DNA of 56,520 bases, filler included, from Catajapyx aquilonaris (taxonomy: Eukaryota): the NCBI GenBank assembly GCA_000934665.2. It is 4 parts of 4 records of this genome, joined end to end, with 100 filler letters (N's around TTAATTAATTAA, not from the genome) between each part and the next. Parts side by side here need not be neighbours in the genome. Positions count along the whole stretch, not along the records: positions 42,477 to 56,520 come from JYFJ02007904.1; 3 more parts are not named here. The stretch is one strand, 5' to 3'. Under the pieces are notes generated by a model that was not told the origin of the DNA, searched no databases, and saw nothing but the letters and a program-made list of their open reading frames with translations. Both the position numbers and the translations under genes were made by a program. Positions within the stretch are counted from its first letter, which is position 1; each line of letters begins with the position of its first letter. Positions 46,522 to 56,520 of this stretch are shown here, piece after piece.

Positions 46522-47587
46522 TGATGCGTAATCGAAATGAAATTTTAAATACTATTTCTTCATATGGCCTGGTCCCAAATAAATATGCACAATGCCGTAA
46601 TTTACTGGCACAGTCATCTTTTTTAAAAATTTCCAAAAATGCTTCTTTTGCTGGAAATCCACTTATTTTACCATTTATCGTGGAGTTATCATTTAAGTTA
46701 TACAAATGAAACTTATCATGTGCAATGTAGTGAAATGGCATGTGTGAGGGACAAAATAAACGCATTAATATCTGCATTCAAAAAATAGATACACCTAGTC
46801 AAAGTATGGTATGGTAAACTTTGCCAGCTCCTACAGGAATCCAATCCTTCCATTATTGGTTTATTGAGGACGGATCTGCAGTAATGTCACGGATATACAC
46901 TTCTCGTAACAAAGGGACATAAAAGAGGTTGTAATAATTATGCAAAGTAAGTAAATGTTTAATATCAGCGCAATAGATATAGCAGTGCAAAACTAATTAT
47001 AATCTTTATTCCTTAAATGAGAAAGTTTAATCACGTTAATGCAGATGTATTAGGAAGTCTTTCGGTTATTTTCCACAAGTAATTTTTGATACTGACACAT
47101 CAAAAGTGCAAAATTACGCTCTGCAGACGCTTTGGGAGACGATCAAATTCGACGAAAGTTAGCCACATACAAAAATATATAATTCAATTACTACGCATTT
47201 ACCCCGGGTTTGGAATACATGGTTTGAAAGGGGGTCATTCTATACACGAATAATAATAAAATTAAAAAATGGCCCTTTTGAGTTAAAAAATGTATCTTTC
47301 AGGCATGTTTGCTAGGTGTATCTCTTCTTTGAATGCAGATAGTTATGATATTATTTTGTCCCTAAAAGATGCCCTTTCACTACAATGCACATAATAGGTT
47401 TCATTTGTATAACATAAATAATAACTCCCCAATAAATTGCGTAATGAGTGAATTTCAAGCAAAAGAAGCACTTTTGGCAATTTTTTTGAAGATGATTGTG
47501 CCAGTAAATTACGGCATTGTGCATATTATTTGGGACCAGGCCACGTGAAGAAGTCGTATTTAAAAATTTCTTTCGGTTTAAGCATCA
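46522..47587. repeat. Foldback 1: diverged inverted arms of about 275 bp
   Basis: 46522-46798 is the reverse complement of 47312-47587. Confidence 0.75.
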
Positions 47588-48787
47588 TTTGGAATGGAGC
47601 AGCTGCCTACGTAGGTCTGAATTTTCGATATAAAATAATTGCGAATGTATAATTAGCAACCGAGGAAAAATTGGCAAAAATGCTGTTTTACGACATTTTC
47701 GCAATTTTCGCAAAGAAAATTTATTGCAAAAAATATTTGTGGGCAAATTAAACATATAGACTTTCAGTACAACTCATACCCTCTCTACTGATCAGCTTTG
47801 AAGTCATAGGTTAACAGTGGAGCCATTGTTGAGCATTGTTAACTTCGCAATACATGGTTTGGAAGAAAATAATTTTCTCAAAATAGCCACTGGATAATTG
47901 AACACCTATTTATTCCCGGGCAGAGGAACATCTGAGGCATACACCAGCGTCTAAACGTCTCTCCTCCCGAGGTTTATGATCCCGATTTGAATTTTATTAC
48001 TTACTCGTTTCCGGCGCTCTCCATGGAGCCCACTGACCCAGTCCCACTTCTCATACGTAGCATCGTGTACGGTACATTTGGTTAGAACAACTTCTCTCGT
48101 ACATGTAGGCTACTATGATACCTTGAAACTTATATTTGATACTGGTTAATGCTATGTGAGGTCCAGTGAGGTCAAATCAGGCATAGAGGTATTGGAAATT
48201 CCTACTCACATTTTTCCAGAAGTCGTCACACCAAATGTTTCGCTGTTCTTTGCACCGTAACCTGGCCACGGTTCACGTTACAGTAATAGTTATGAACCGA
48301 GTCATTCAGTCTTGGCCATCTGGTCATTAGTCAGTGGGCTCCACGCATAGGGAAACGAGTAAGTAATCAAATTCAAATCAGGATCATAAACCTCGGGAGG
48401 AGGGAAATTTTTACACTGGTGTGTGGCTCAGATGTTCCTCTGCCCGGAAATAAATTGGTGTTAAATTATCCGATGGCTATTTTGAGAAAATTATTTTCTT
48501 CCAAACCATGTTTTCCGAAGTTAACGATGTTCAGCAATGGCTCCACTATTAACCTTTGACTTCAAAGCTTAACAAAGCTGATAAGTAGAAAGGGTATGAG
48601 TTGTACTCAAAGTCTACATGTTTAATTTGCCCACAAATATTTTTTTGCAGAGAATTTCTTTTGCGAAATTTGCGAAAATGTTGTAAAGCAGCATTTTGCC
48701 AATTTTTTCCGCGGTTGCTAATTATACATTCGCAATTATTTTACATCGAAAATTCAGACCTACGTAGGCAGTTGCTCCATTCCAAAT
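47587..48787. repeat. Foldback 2: inverted arms of about 450 bp
   Basis: 47587-48037 is the reverse complement of 48330-48787. Confidence 0.8.
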
Positions 48788-49042
48788 TTGGGTTTTGTGT
48801 AACGTATAGGAAAATTGGTAAACGCGTCCCAAGTTTAGAAAAAATGAACTTCCAGAAATAGCAGATTTGGTACCCCTGTGGTTATGATATTTTCCAAGGC
48901 AAATAAAAAATGACACGGAAGAATAGTCAGTGTCATTCTTGATCATTTCCGCAGCAGTACCTCGTGTAATTTATTCGTAATAATCGGAGACCAAGCCCTG
49001 ACAACTTTTCTGGATCTGGCCTGATCTGAAATGGAATAAATT

Positions 49043-49180
49043 GCCCAGAAGGTTACACATGAAACGCGCTTGTTCAGTTCCTTTCTCGCAGTCCTCTGTA
49101 TATGAATAGATTTGTGACATTTCACCACTGCCATCAGTAACAAGAGAGACATGCAGCAGGTGATAGGGATCTGCATAATT
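49043..49180 (-). pseudogene. 5' fragment of a further, more diverged IR paralogue
   Basis: MQIPITCCMSLLLLMAVV then, after a frameshift, GTEQARFMCNLL, versus MPITFTCYIPALLLAMV...GREQTQFMWNLL in the intact copies. Confidence 0.65.
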
Positions 49181-49949
49181 ACTCTTGTGGCAAACACTTT
49201 GTGACAAAATGTAGCTACATGCACCTTACAAAGAAGGTTGTCAAGTAATCTTCCTGACGGACCACTCTGCAAGTTCCCTTCGATCTGTCTGTCTGTAATA
49301 ATTATTCGGTAATTGCCACCTTGCGAACACTCACTATCTCTATTAGTCTGGGCCTCACGTGGTGTTGTTTCTATCTCATCATAAATTTACTGTATAATAA
49401 ACGTTTATTCAATAAGCAAGGCAGTACCATTTGACCTTAATATTTTATTGACAACACTATGGTGTGGGCGAATCAATGACAGGAAATCTCTAAAGCTCCT
49501 CAAAGCAGAGTGCTCCATTGCTTCTGTGTATTATACATTAATTAATCCATAAAAATGAGGATATTTCATATAGATTCAGGTGTGCCCATATATTCACATG
49601 TGGCTACGGGGACAAGGTGACTCTCATGGTACACGGGGACAGAGGAGTCACCAGTGGACGACGGAATTTGAAGGCCATTGGCGAAATGATTCTGAAACAT
49701 GTGGAGACAATGGTGAACATGTTGGGGGTATGGCAAAGCAGCATTTAATAATGGTGGTGAATGGTGATGGCTGATGTTGAACAAGTATAGGAATATGTGA
49801 GGTGTTTAATAACTGTATAATAAACATTTATTCAATAAGCAAACCAGTACAATTTGACATTGATATTTCATTGATGACACTATGGTGTGAGCCAATCAAT
49901 GTCAGGAAATATCTAAAGCTACTCAAAGTGGAGCGCTCCATTACTAATG

Positions 49950-51827
49950 CTAGTAAAGTATTTCCTGCATAAAGAGTGTAATTGCAAGGGCCAACCCAAT
50001 GGACAGGACAATAAAATGACCCTGCAACCTGTCGAGTGAAAACACCACCCTTCCTTCGTCAACATCAACAATTTGGTCCCTTCTCCTGGCCTCTGCAGCA
50101 TCCAACAACATTCTGTGCTCCAGAAGCCTCGCTCGCTTCTCGATCAATCCGATGCTGTTGAAGATTTGCGACCAGTAGTTCCAGTTCTCTGAATAAACCA
50201 TTCCTTTTGGAAGCATAATTGTGTCATACACAACACCTGCGTAATCGTGGGAAATGAAAGCAATGTCCTGGCCATACACATCCAAACTGTTCAATGACTT
50301 CTTTAACCACATGGCCCCTTCCATGCAGACTTTGTCTTCAGTGATCAAGTTCCGGTAACATTCATCCCAGTCTGTTACAGGTTCTATTCGGTCGCATATA
50401 TTTTCGAAAGGGTCGTTCTCATCGAGGTCAACACTTCCCTGAAACATCATGTAAGTGTCTTTTGTCATTTTTATACTAAAACTAGAATGCATCAATTTCT
50501 CAAAGGTGTCGGGGACATCCTCTGTCGGTGGGAAAGTCAGAAGATCATACAGTTTGGACAGGTAGGCTGTGGTAATGACTATGGAAAGATAGATCCAGAA
50601 CATTGCCAAAACCTTCGATGCATGACCACCAGGAAACGGAGTCGCCTCTTCTAAAGTTACTTTTACGAGGTAGGTGATGTACGATCCAAATGATTTAAAA
50701 TTACTGGTCTTGTTCTGAAACGACTTCTTCGGATGTAGTTTAGAAAGCACTACTAAAGTGACACTTGAAATTAACAATGATGAAGTAACCAAACACCACG
50801 TGCCGAGTGTGAAGGGCAACACTACAATAAAAGCATTCTTCATTTCTAGTGGAGTTCTGACCAGGAATGTTATCTTGTTAGACGAATAAGGAGCTATTAA
50901 CTCGCCAACCGCATTTGCAAACTCTACTACTGGTACTTCCGTGAAGAAATGTAACCTTCCTCTTATAATATCTTCCACAAGCTGAGCTATCGCGGACATG
51001 TTGCTAAACACTGAGGAAACACTGACCCGAGAGACGTTCCAAGTGAAGTTGAGTGCACTTCCCAAGAAACACAACTGAATGTTTCTTGATGTTTCATTGC
51101 ACTCCAAATGACTATCGTGAAATAAGTGGAGAGATTTGAGAAATTTCCCGTGAAAGTCGTTGGCCGTGTCCTTAATTTGTCCCTCGACAATTTCTTCGTA
51201 CGGTACCATCGTCGACTGTACAGTTGGGTTTCCTTCGTTGCAGAAATAGCAGACTGAATGGACCAGCAAAGAATTGTTTTGAACAGAGGTGAGCATCACT
51301 TTGTACTTGATTTTGGACAATGGCTGCTCCAGAAGGACATTGATGTCCATGTCCTCCCTCATCCACAACACAAATTTGTCCATCGTCTTTTTCACCACCA
51401 GGACATTCACTTGTTCCTCCAAGACCTCCTCCAGGAAATCTTCGTAGTTGGACGAACATGCCACGACCAAATGCACTGCACACTTGGCCATCTTTTCCTT
51501 TGGGTCCAGTTCTAAACCGGTCTGGGATGTTGACTCCCCAGGATCGCAGGTCCAAGTGCTGCTGGCCCAGTTGGATTTGGACACAAGCACAGGTCGTCCC
51601 AGAAGAGACATGTTTGTGAACAGAGTCAGGAGATGTCCTGGCAGAGCACCTGCAACATCATGATGCACAACAAGAGTACACTCCACTAGTTCATCATCCT
51701 TCAGAAGGTTCCACATGAACTGCGTCTGTTCCCTCCCATCTTCCCTGCCCTTCAAGTGAATCGGTATGCTACCTGACACCATTGCTAGTAACAATGCAGG
51801 TATGTAGCATGTGAAAGTGATCGGCAT
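49950..51827 (-). CDS. Divergent ionotropic receptor, copy 2, intronless, 625 aa
   Basis: Highly similar to copy 1 over its full length, with the same motifs. Confidence 0.9.
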   Translation of the reverse strand: MPITFTCYIPALLLAMVSGSIPIHLKGREDGREQTQFMWNLLKDDELVECTLVVHHDVAGALPGHLLTLFTNMSLLGRPVLVSKSNWASSTWTCDPGESTSQTGLELDPKEKMAKCAVHLVVACSSNYEDFLEEVLEEQVNVLVVKKTMDKFVLWMREDMDINVLLEQPLSKIKYKVMLTSVQNNSLLVHSVCYFCNEGNPTVQSTMVPYEEIVEGQIKDTANDFHGKFLKSLHLFHDSHLECNETSRNIQLCFLGSALNFTWNVSRVSVSSVFSNMSAIAQLVEDIIRGRLHFFTEVPVVEFANAVGELIAPYSSNKITFLVRTPLEMKNAFIVVLPFTLGTWCLVTSSLLISSVTLVVLSKLHPKKSFQNKTSNFKSFGSYITYLVKVTLEEATPFPGGHASKVLAMFWIYLSIVITTAYLSKLYDLLTFPPTEDVPDTFEKLMHSSFSIKMTKDTYMMFQGSVDLDENDPFENICDRIEPVTDWDECYRNLITEDKVCMEGAMWLKKSLNSLDVYGQDIAFISHDYAGVVYDTIMLPKGMVYSENWNYWSQIFNSIGLIEKRARLLEHRMLLDAAEARRRDQIVDVDEGRVVFSLDRLQGHFIVLSIGLALAITLFMQEILY

Positions 51828-52763
51828 TTTTATCTGCAAATGATGTGACTGTTGCGGCTATCTCGGCGGCTACACTTTTGGGTCTACACAGACTTTCGAA
51901 GAACGTTGTAAAATTATCATCCTCAAGAGACTGGACATTAAGATATGACCGTTTACCCTGCGAGCAGCCGTGCTCCACTCTGCGACGTGGAGCATGAAGT
52001 TGGCATTTTCCACCTTCACTCGCCTACAATGTTCACCATCAAGGAACATTTCCCTTGACGTTTCCTTTCCTCGTACGCTCAATACCTCCTTTGGTCTAGC
52101 CCTTCAAAGGTGTTGCTTTGTCATTATTTATGCATACTACAAAATATAGCCTACTCATATAGCGTAGCCTACTACGAACGGAATATCGAGGATCGAACTA
52201 CTAGTAGAAAGATGTGTCTGATACATAAATTTTTAGCTTAATTAATGAATATAATTTTTTTAAAATAAACATTTTGAGTCAACAATTAAGCTTTTTTGCT
52301 TGCAAATTTTAGCCGGTGTTCAGTAACAACCTTAGCAATCAAATTATGCTACTCAAACACTTCCAGTGCCATTTGACCTCCATATAATTATGTTAATTTT
52401 GTGATATTGACCCTAATAACATAGTTATCGCTGTCCAAGATTGCCAGTGAAATATTATTTTGACAGTTATATTTCACTAGCTGACTAACAGAATACCCGT
52501 TATTCCCATAGGAATTACATAATGGATTCCGTTGCCATGGAGACCCGTTGTCATGGTCATTATAAGCTATAAAACTAATACAATTAAAATTAAAATTAAA
52601 ATGGATCACAAAAATGATCCCATTGCTATGGTAACTTCGTTGCCATGGAGACCCACGGGGGCAGGGGAGCGGTGGGTGGCTAGAACGGGACAAACAAACG
52701 AACGAACTTTGCCCGATATATATGGCGAATGAGGCAAGGTTATAGATCTGTCAATCGTTACAT

Positions 52764-54539
52764 TAGACTAGTACAATTTTGTGAATAATGGCATTATTTC
52801 TCTTCCTAGAAGCATTTCGGATAACATTTTGGCAACATGGCCAATTCTACTAATTCGACCGTGCTGAATCCGAAAATCAATGTTGCCAATCTCTATTTTG
52901 ACCGGAAGTGCCAAATCTCGTGCCAAATTAAAGATGGCGGATATACATATGTGACATATGTACAATTTTACTTTTTTGACCAATTTCCGTGCATAACATT
53001 TTTGCAACATGGCCAATTCCACTAATTCGACCATGCTGAATCCGAAAATCAATGTTGCAAATCTCAATTTTGACCGGAAGTGCCAAATCTCGTGCCAAAT
53101 TAAAGATGGCGGCTACATATGTACAATTTTACTTTTTTGGCCAATTTCCGTGCATAACATTTTGGCAACATGGCCAATTCTACTAATTCGACCATGCTGA
53201 ATCCGAAAATCAATGTTGCCAATCTCTGTTTTGACAGGAAGTGCCAAATTAAAGATGGCGGATGCTGATATAAGTCGGGCCATTTCACCTTTTGCCCAAT
53301 TTTGATGCCGTGAAACGCAATATGCTCATTGTCTTACCGTTTGTTTTTGAGAGATATTACTTCTGCGCAGTGCCTCATGTTGTTCATTTTATTCGTGATC
53401 TCATGAGTTGGAACAACTTGCATTACATAGTCACATTCTTGTGAAAAACTCAGCACCTTTAAGGCATGTACAGAGGTTTCACTTAGACTTAGAGCAACCC
53501 GTTTTACAGCGGCAGACCGCAATTTCTGCGCATGCTTTAGGGACAGGAGGAATAGTTGTGAGAATGGGGAGATATCCTTCATCGGAGTCCTTCCAACCAC
53601 ATGCCAGAGGGGATGGTAACGCAGGCTCAGCTAGATGGGCATTTTCAAGGGGGTAATCACTCGACTGAAAAGTGTACACTGGAGTACCAAATTCAAGGAG
53701 TACCACGGAGTAATAAAGAGTGAGGTGACTGAGGAGTACCAGGGAGTACCACTCCCAGGTGTACACCGGAGTACCGAAGTGATTACCCCCTTGGGCATTT
53801 TCCCACACAGCGGTTTGCCAATGGCTACGTTTGATGTGCTGATGGACTGCATCGGTGGTGGGTGGCAGAACCTCCGGTTTCTTTACTTTACCAAACTTCC
53901 TGAGAGTTGTGAATTTGACTGATGTACATCCAAAGATATCTGCTATATATTACTCTAGATACATAACTCGCTATCCCTTTCCATATAAGCAAAGTGATGT
54001 CAATCACGCCCATCAAAGTAAAGATGGCGTCATCGTTACTTTGGGCGGGGCGGCCCCTGTGCTGATGGGCGGGACCGCAGTGGGACGTTTCCTGGGGCGC
54101 GGGGCATCCCTTGAAGATGCCCAACTACGTACAGGCTTACTTTTTCTTAGCAGTTATGTATCTAGGGGAATATAATTTTATAGCAGAAATCTTTTGCGTA
54201 GTACATCAGCATCCGCCGTCGTAAATTTGGCACTTCCGGTCAAAACAGAGATTGGCAACATTGCTTTTCGGATTCAGCATGGTCGAATTAGTGGAATTGG
54301 CCATGTTGCAAAAATGTTATGCACGGAAATTGGTCAAAAAAGTAAAATTGTACATATGTAACATATGTATATCCGCCATCTTTAATTTGGCACGAGATTT
54401 GGCACTTCCGGTCAAAACAGAGATTGGCAACATTGATTTTCGGATTCAGCACGGTCGAATTAGTAGAATTGGTCATGTTGCCAAAATGTTATCCGAAATG
54501 CTTCTAGGAAGTCACTAAATCGGAAAGTGTACTAGTCTA
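52764..54539 (-). mobile_element. Non-autonomous Academ-type element with long, internally repetitive TIRs
   Basis: CAT|TAGACTAGTACA ... TGTACTAGTCTA|CAT, with the empty site visible in the paralogous unit at 46081-46083. Units of about 170 bp occur 3 times on the left and 2 times inverted on the right. Internal peptide LPPTTDAVHQHIKRSHWQTAVW...LPSPLACGW...CRCKTGC. Confidence 0.8.
53646..53793. mobile_element. MITE of the same family as 25413-25555, nested in the Academ-type transposase remnant
   Basis: TIRs CAAGGGGGTAATCACT / AGTGATTACCCCCTTG; TSD GGCATTTT. Confidence 0.85.
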
Positions 54540-55403
54540 CATGCTCTGAGGTGTGACCTTTTTCTCCACCGTATTTCTGCATGCTCTATGATTATTCCAG
54601 TGCTATTTGACCTTTATATATTATTTATTACCCTCTGTTGTGAACGAATCAAGGTCAGACCAATGAGACATTCTGAAGCGTAACAGTTATAGCTAGGCGA
54701 ATATCTAAACAGAGTCGTTAATAAGGTTTATCAAGTTTCTTATTGTACATTAGCTTTCAAACCAGACTGAGTGGGGCAAAATTCCAAATGATCAATTTTT
54801 GGCTCCAAACAACAGGATTTGTTTTCTCGGAAAATAAATTTGATTAAAAAAAAATTAATTGTACCATGTGACTACAGTTAAAAACGGGGTTTCGTATATT
54901 CTTCGCTATACAGGGTGCTCAAAAACTCGCGGAAAGTGGGCACGTAGCCTGATAGGACTTGCAAAACTAATATAGGGATGTGAAAGTAGTTTTGGGCAAA
55001 CTTGCATAGTTTTGCGTACGACGCCTTTAAGATTTCGGGAGTTTCATGACGTCACATCCGCCTGCTCACAGGTTCTGGAGGTTCTGGAGAAGTAAGTGGA
55101 TTTGTTCAAAATTCATTAAACTGATATCAAATGAAGTAAAAAAGACTAGAAAAATGCAACTATGAAATTAATACATTCGTCTCAAAAATGTAAGCAGGAA
55201 AACGAGTGCCATTCGTTCTATTCGTCGCATGCTCAGTCACATGTCCATGAATTTGGTCTCCGATAATATATTAGTGATGTGTTGGAGTACTGTCAGTCAT
55301 ATTTTGTGTCATGAGTTGTAACCCACGTAAGGTTTAATATTCTATTCAATTTGAAACCAGTTGTATGCATGGTTGCGACAAAATGTGAGGGATCATTTGT
55401 AAA

Positions 55404-55729
55404 TAGGGCTGTGCGATATTTCGATATATCGACTGTCGATACGATGTTTTCCTAATATCGAAGTTGCTATATCCGACCCTTGGCATGTTCGATGTATCGA
55501 ATATCGGTTTTCGATATTTTTCGATGTCGGTTCGATGTCGGTTTTCGATATTTTTCGATGTCGGTTTGATGTCGGTTTTCGGTATTTTTCGATGTCGGTT
55601 TGATGACGGTTTTCGATATTTTTCGATGTCGGTTTCCGATGTCGATTTTTCGATTTTCGATATATCGACTTCGATTCGATATTTTTTAAGTATCGAAAGT
55701 CGATATGTAATTTCGGATATCGCACAGCC
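55404..55729. mobile_element. hAT-type MITE with internal TCGAT-rich tandem repeats
   Basis: TAGGGCTGTGCGATAT ... ATATCGCACAGCC with the last bases lost. TTGTAAA on both flanks. Internal unit of about 34 bp. Confidence 0.7.
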
Positions 55730-56117
55730 TTGTAAACACTTGGTGCAGCAATGTAATACATATTTCTCGACGTATATCAGTCTGTCAGTCCACTTGATAC
55801 CAATGCAAATCTATGCGGAGGCCTCGACATATGCCCCAGAGGAATGATTAGGGGTAGTTTTTTACTGTGAAGGTCATAAGCACATTGGACGTGATTAATG
55901 GGGGTGAGTAATAGAGCATTTTTCAATGATATGATTTTATTTTGTTCAAAAATTATAACTGATTCAAGGAGACAATTATTACACAATTTTTCTCTGCAGC
56001 TTCGAGACAATTCACTTCGATAAGAGTACACGTGTAGGACTAGTAAAAATATTCTGTCATTTACATGATAATCATAATATTTGCGAAAGTATTTCCGTGC
56101 TAAGAGTGCCACTGCTG

Positions 56118-56520
56118 CTAGTAAAATATTTCCTTCATGAAGGCTGTAATTGCAAGGGCCAACCCAATGGATAGGACAATAAAATGACCCTGCAACCTGT
56201 CGAGTGAAAACACCTCCCTTCCTTCGTCAACATCAACAATTTGGTCTCGTCTTCTGGCCTCTGAAGCATCCAGATATCTTCTGTGCTCCAGAAGCCTCGC
56301 CCTTTTCTCGATCAAACCGATGCTGTTGAAGATTTGCGACCAGTAGTTCCAGTTCTCCGAATAAACTATTCCTTTTGAAAGGAAAATTGTTTCATACACA
56401 AGAGCTGCGTAATCGTTGGAGATGAAAGCAATGTCCTGGCCATACACATCCAAACTGTTCAATGACTTCTTTAACCACCTGGCCCCTTCCATGCAGACTT
56501 TGTCTTCAATGATCAAGTCC
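56118..56520 (-). CDS. Divergent ionotropic receptor, copy 3; 3' part only
   Basis: The C-terminal 130 aa are nearly identical to copies 1 and 2; the ORF runs off the window end. Confidence 0.88.
   Translation of the reverse strand, partial: DLIIEDKVCMEGARWLKKSLNSLDVYGQDIAFISNDYAALVYETIFLSKGIVYSENWNYWSQIFNSIGLIEKRARLLEHRRYLDASEARRRDQIVDVDEGREVFSLDRLQGHFIVLSIGLALAITAFMKEIFY

Noticed and set aside
52830..53265. Repeated MANSTNST ORFs and 170-bp tandem units as a coding repeat or CRISPR array
   Set aside because: They are subterminal repeats of the Academ-type element, mirrored at its other end, and have no unique spacers.
55393..55847. Repetitive ORFs on both strands
   Set aside because: Translations of tandem repeats inside a hAT-type MITE.

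Overview
Eukaryotic, most likely arthropod, genomic DNA. It is not one locus. Four blocks of about 14.05 kb (1-14060, 14161-28223, 28324-42376, 42477-56520) are joined by artificial N44-TTAATTAATTAA-N44 linkers, so adjacency across blocks is probably meaningless. Block 1 holds eight middle exons of BTAF1/Mot1 (minus strand), with introns full of SINEs and MITEs. Block 2 holds a lipophorin/VLDL-receptor-like gene with 14 LDL-A repeats and no visible transmembrane tail, a small secreted SVWC-like gene, an APC16-like gene and Mpp10. Block 3 holds a C2H2 zinc-finger exon, two paralogous low-complexity genes with 11-residue repeats, a decayed Tc1 element, an orphan gene built by exon-intron duplication, and an intronless SNAPC3. 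Block 4 is a tandem array of intronless divergent ionotropic receptors with foldback and Academ-type elements. The most notable signals are: a covarying 3' stem-loop shared by three otherwise unrelated tRNA-derived SINE families; the expanded and possibly secreted LDLR-like protein; and locally templated patchwork insertions in a BTAF1 intron, one forming a candidate poison exon. All gene and family names come from recalled motif similarity, not from database searches.
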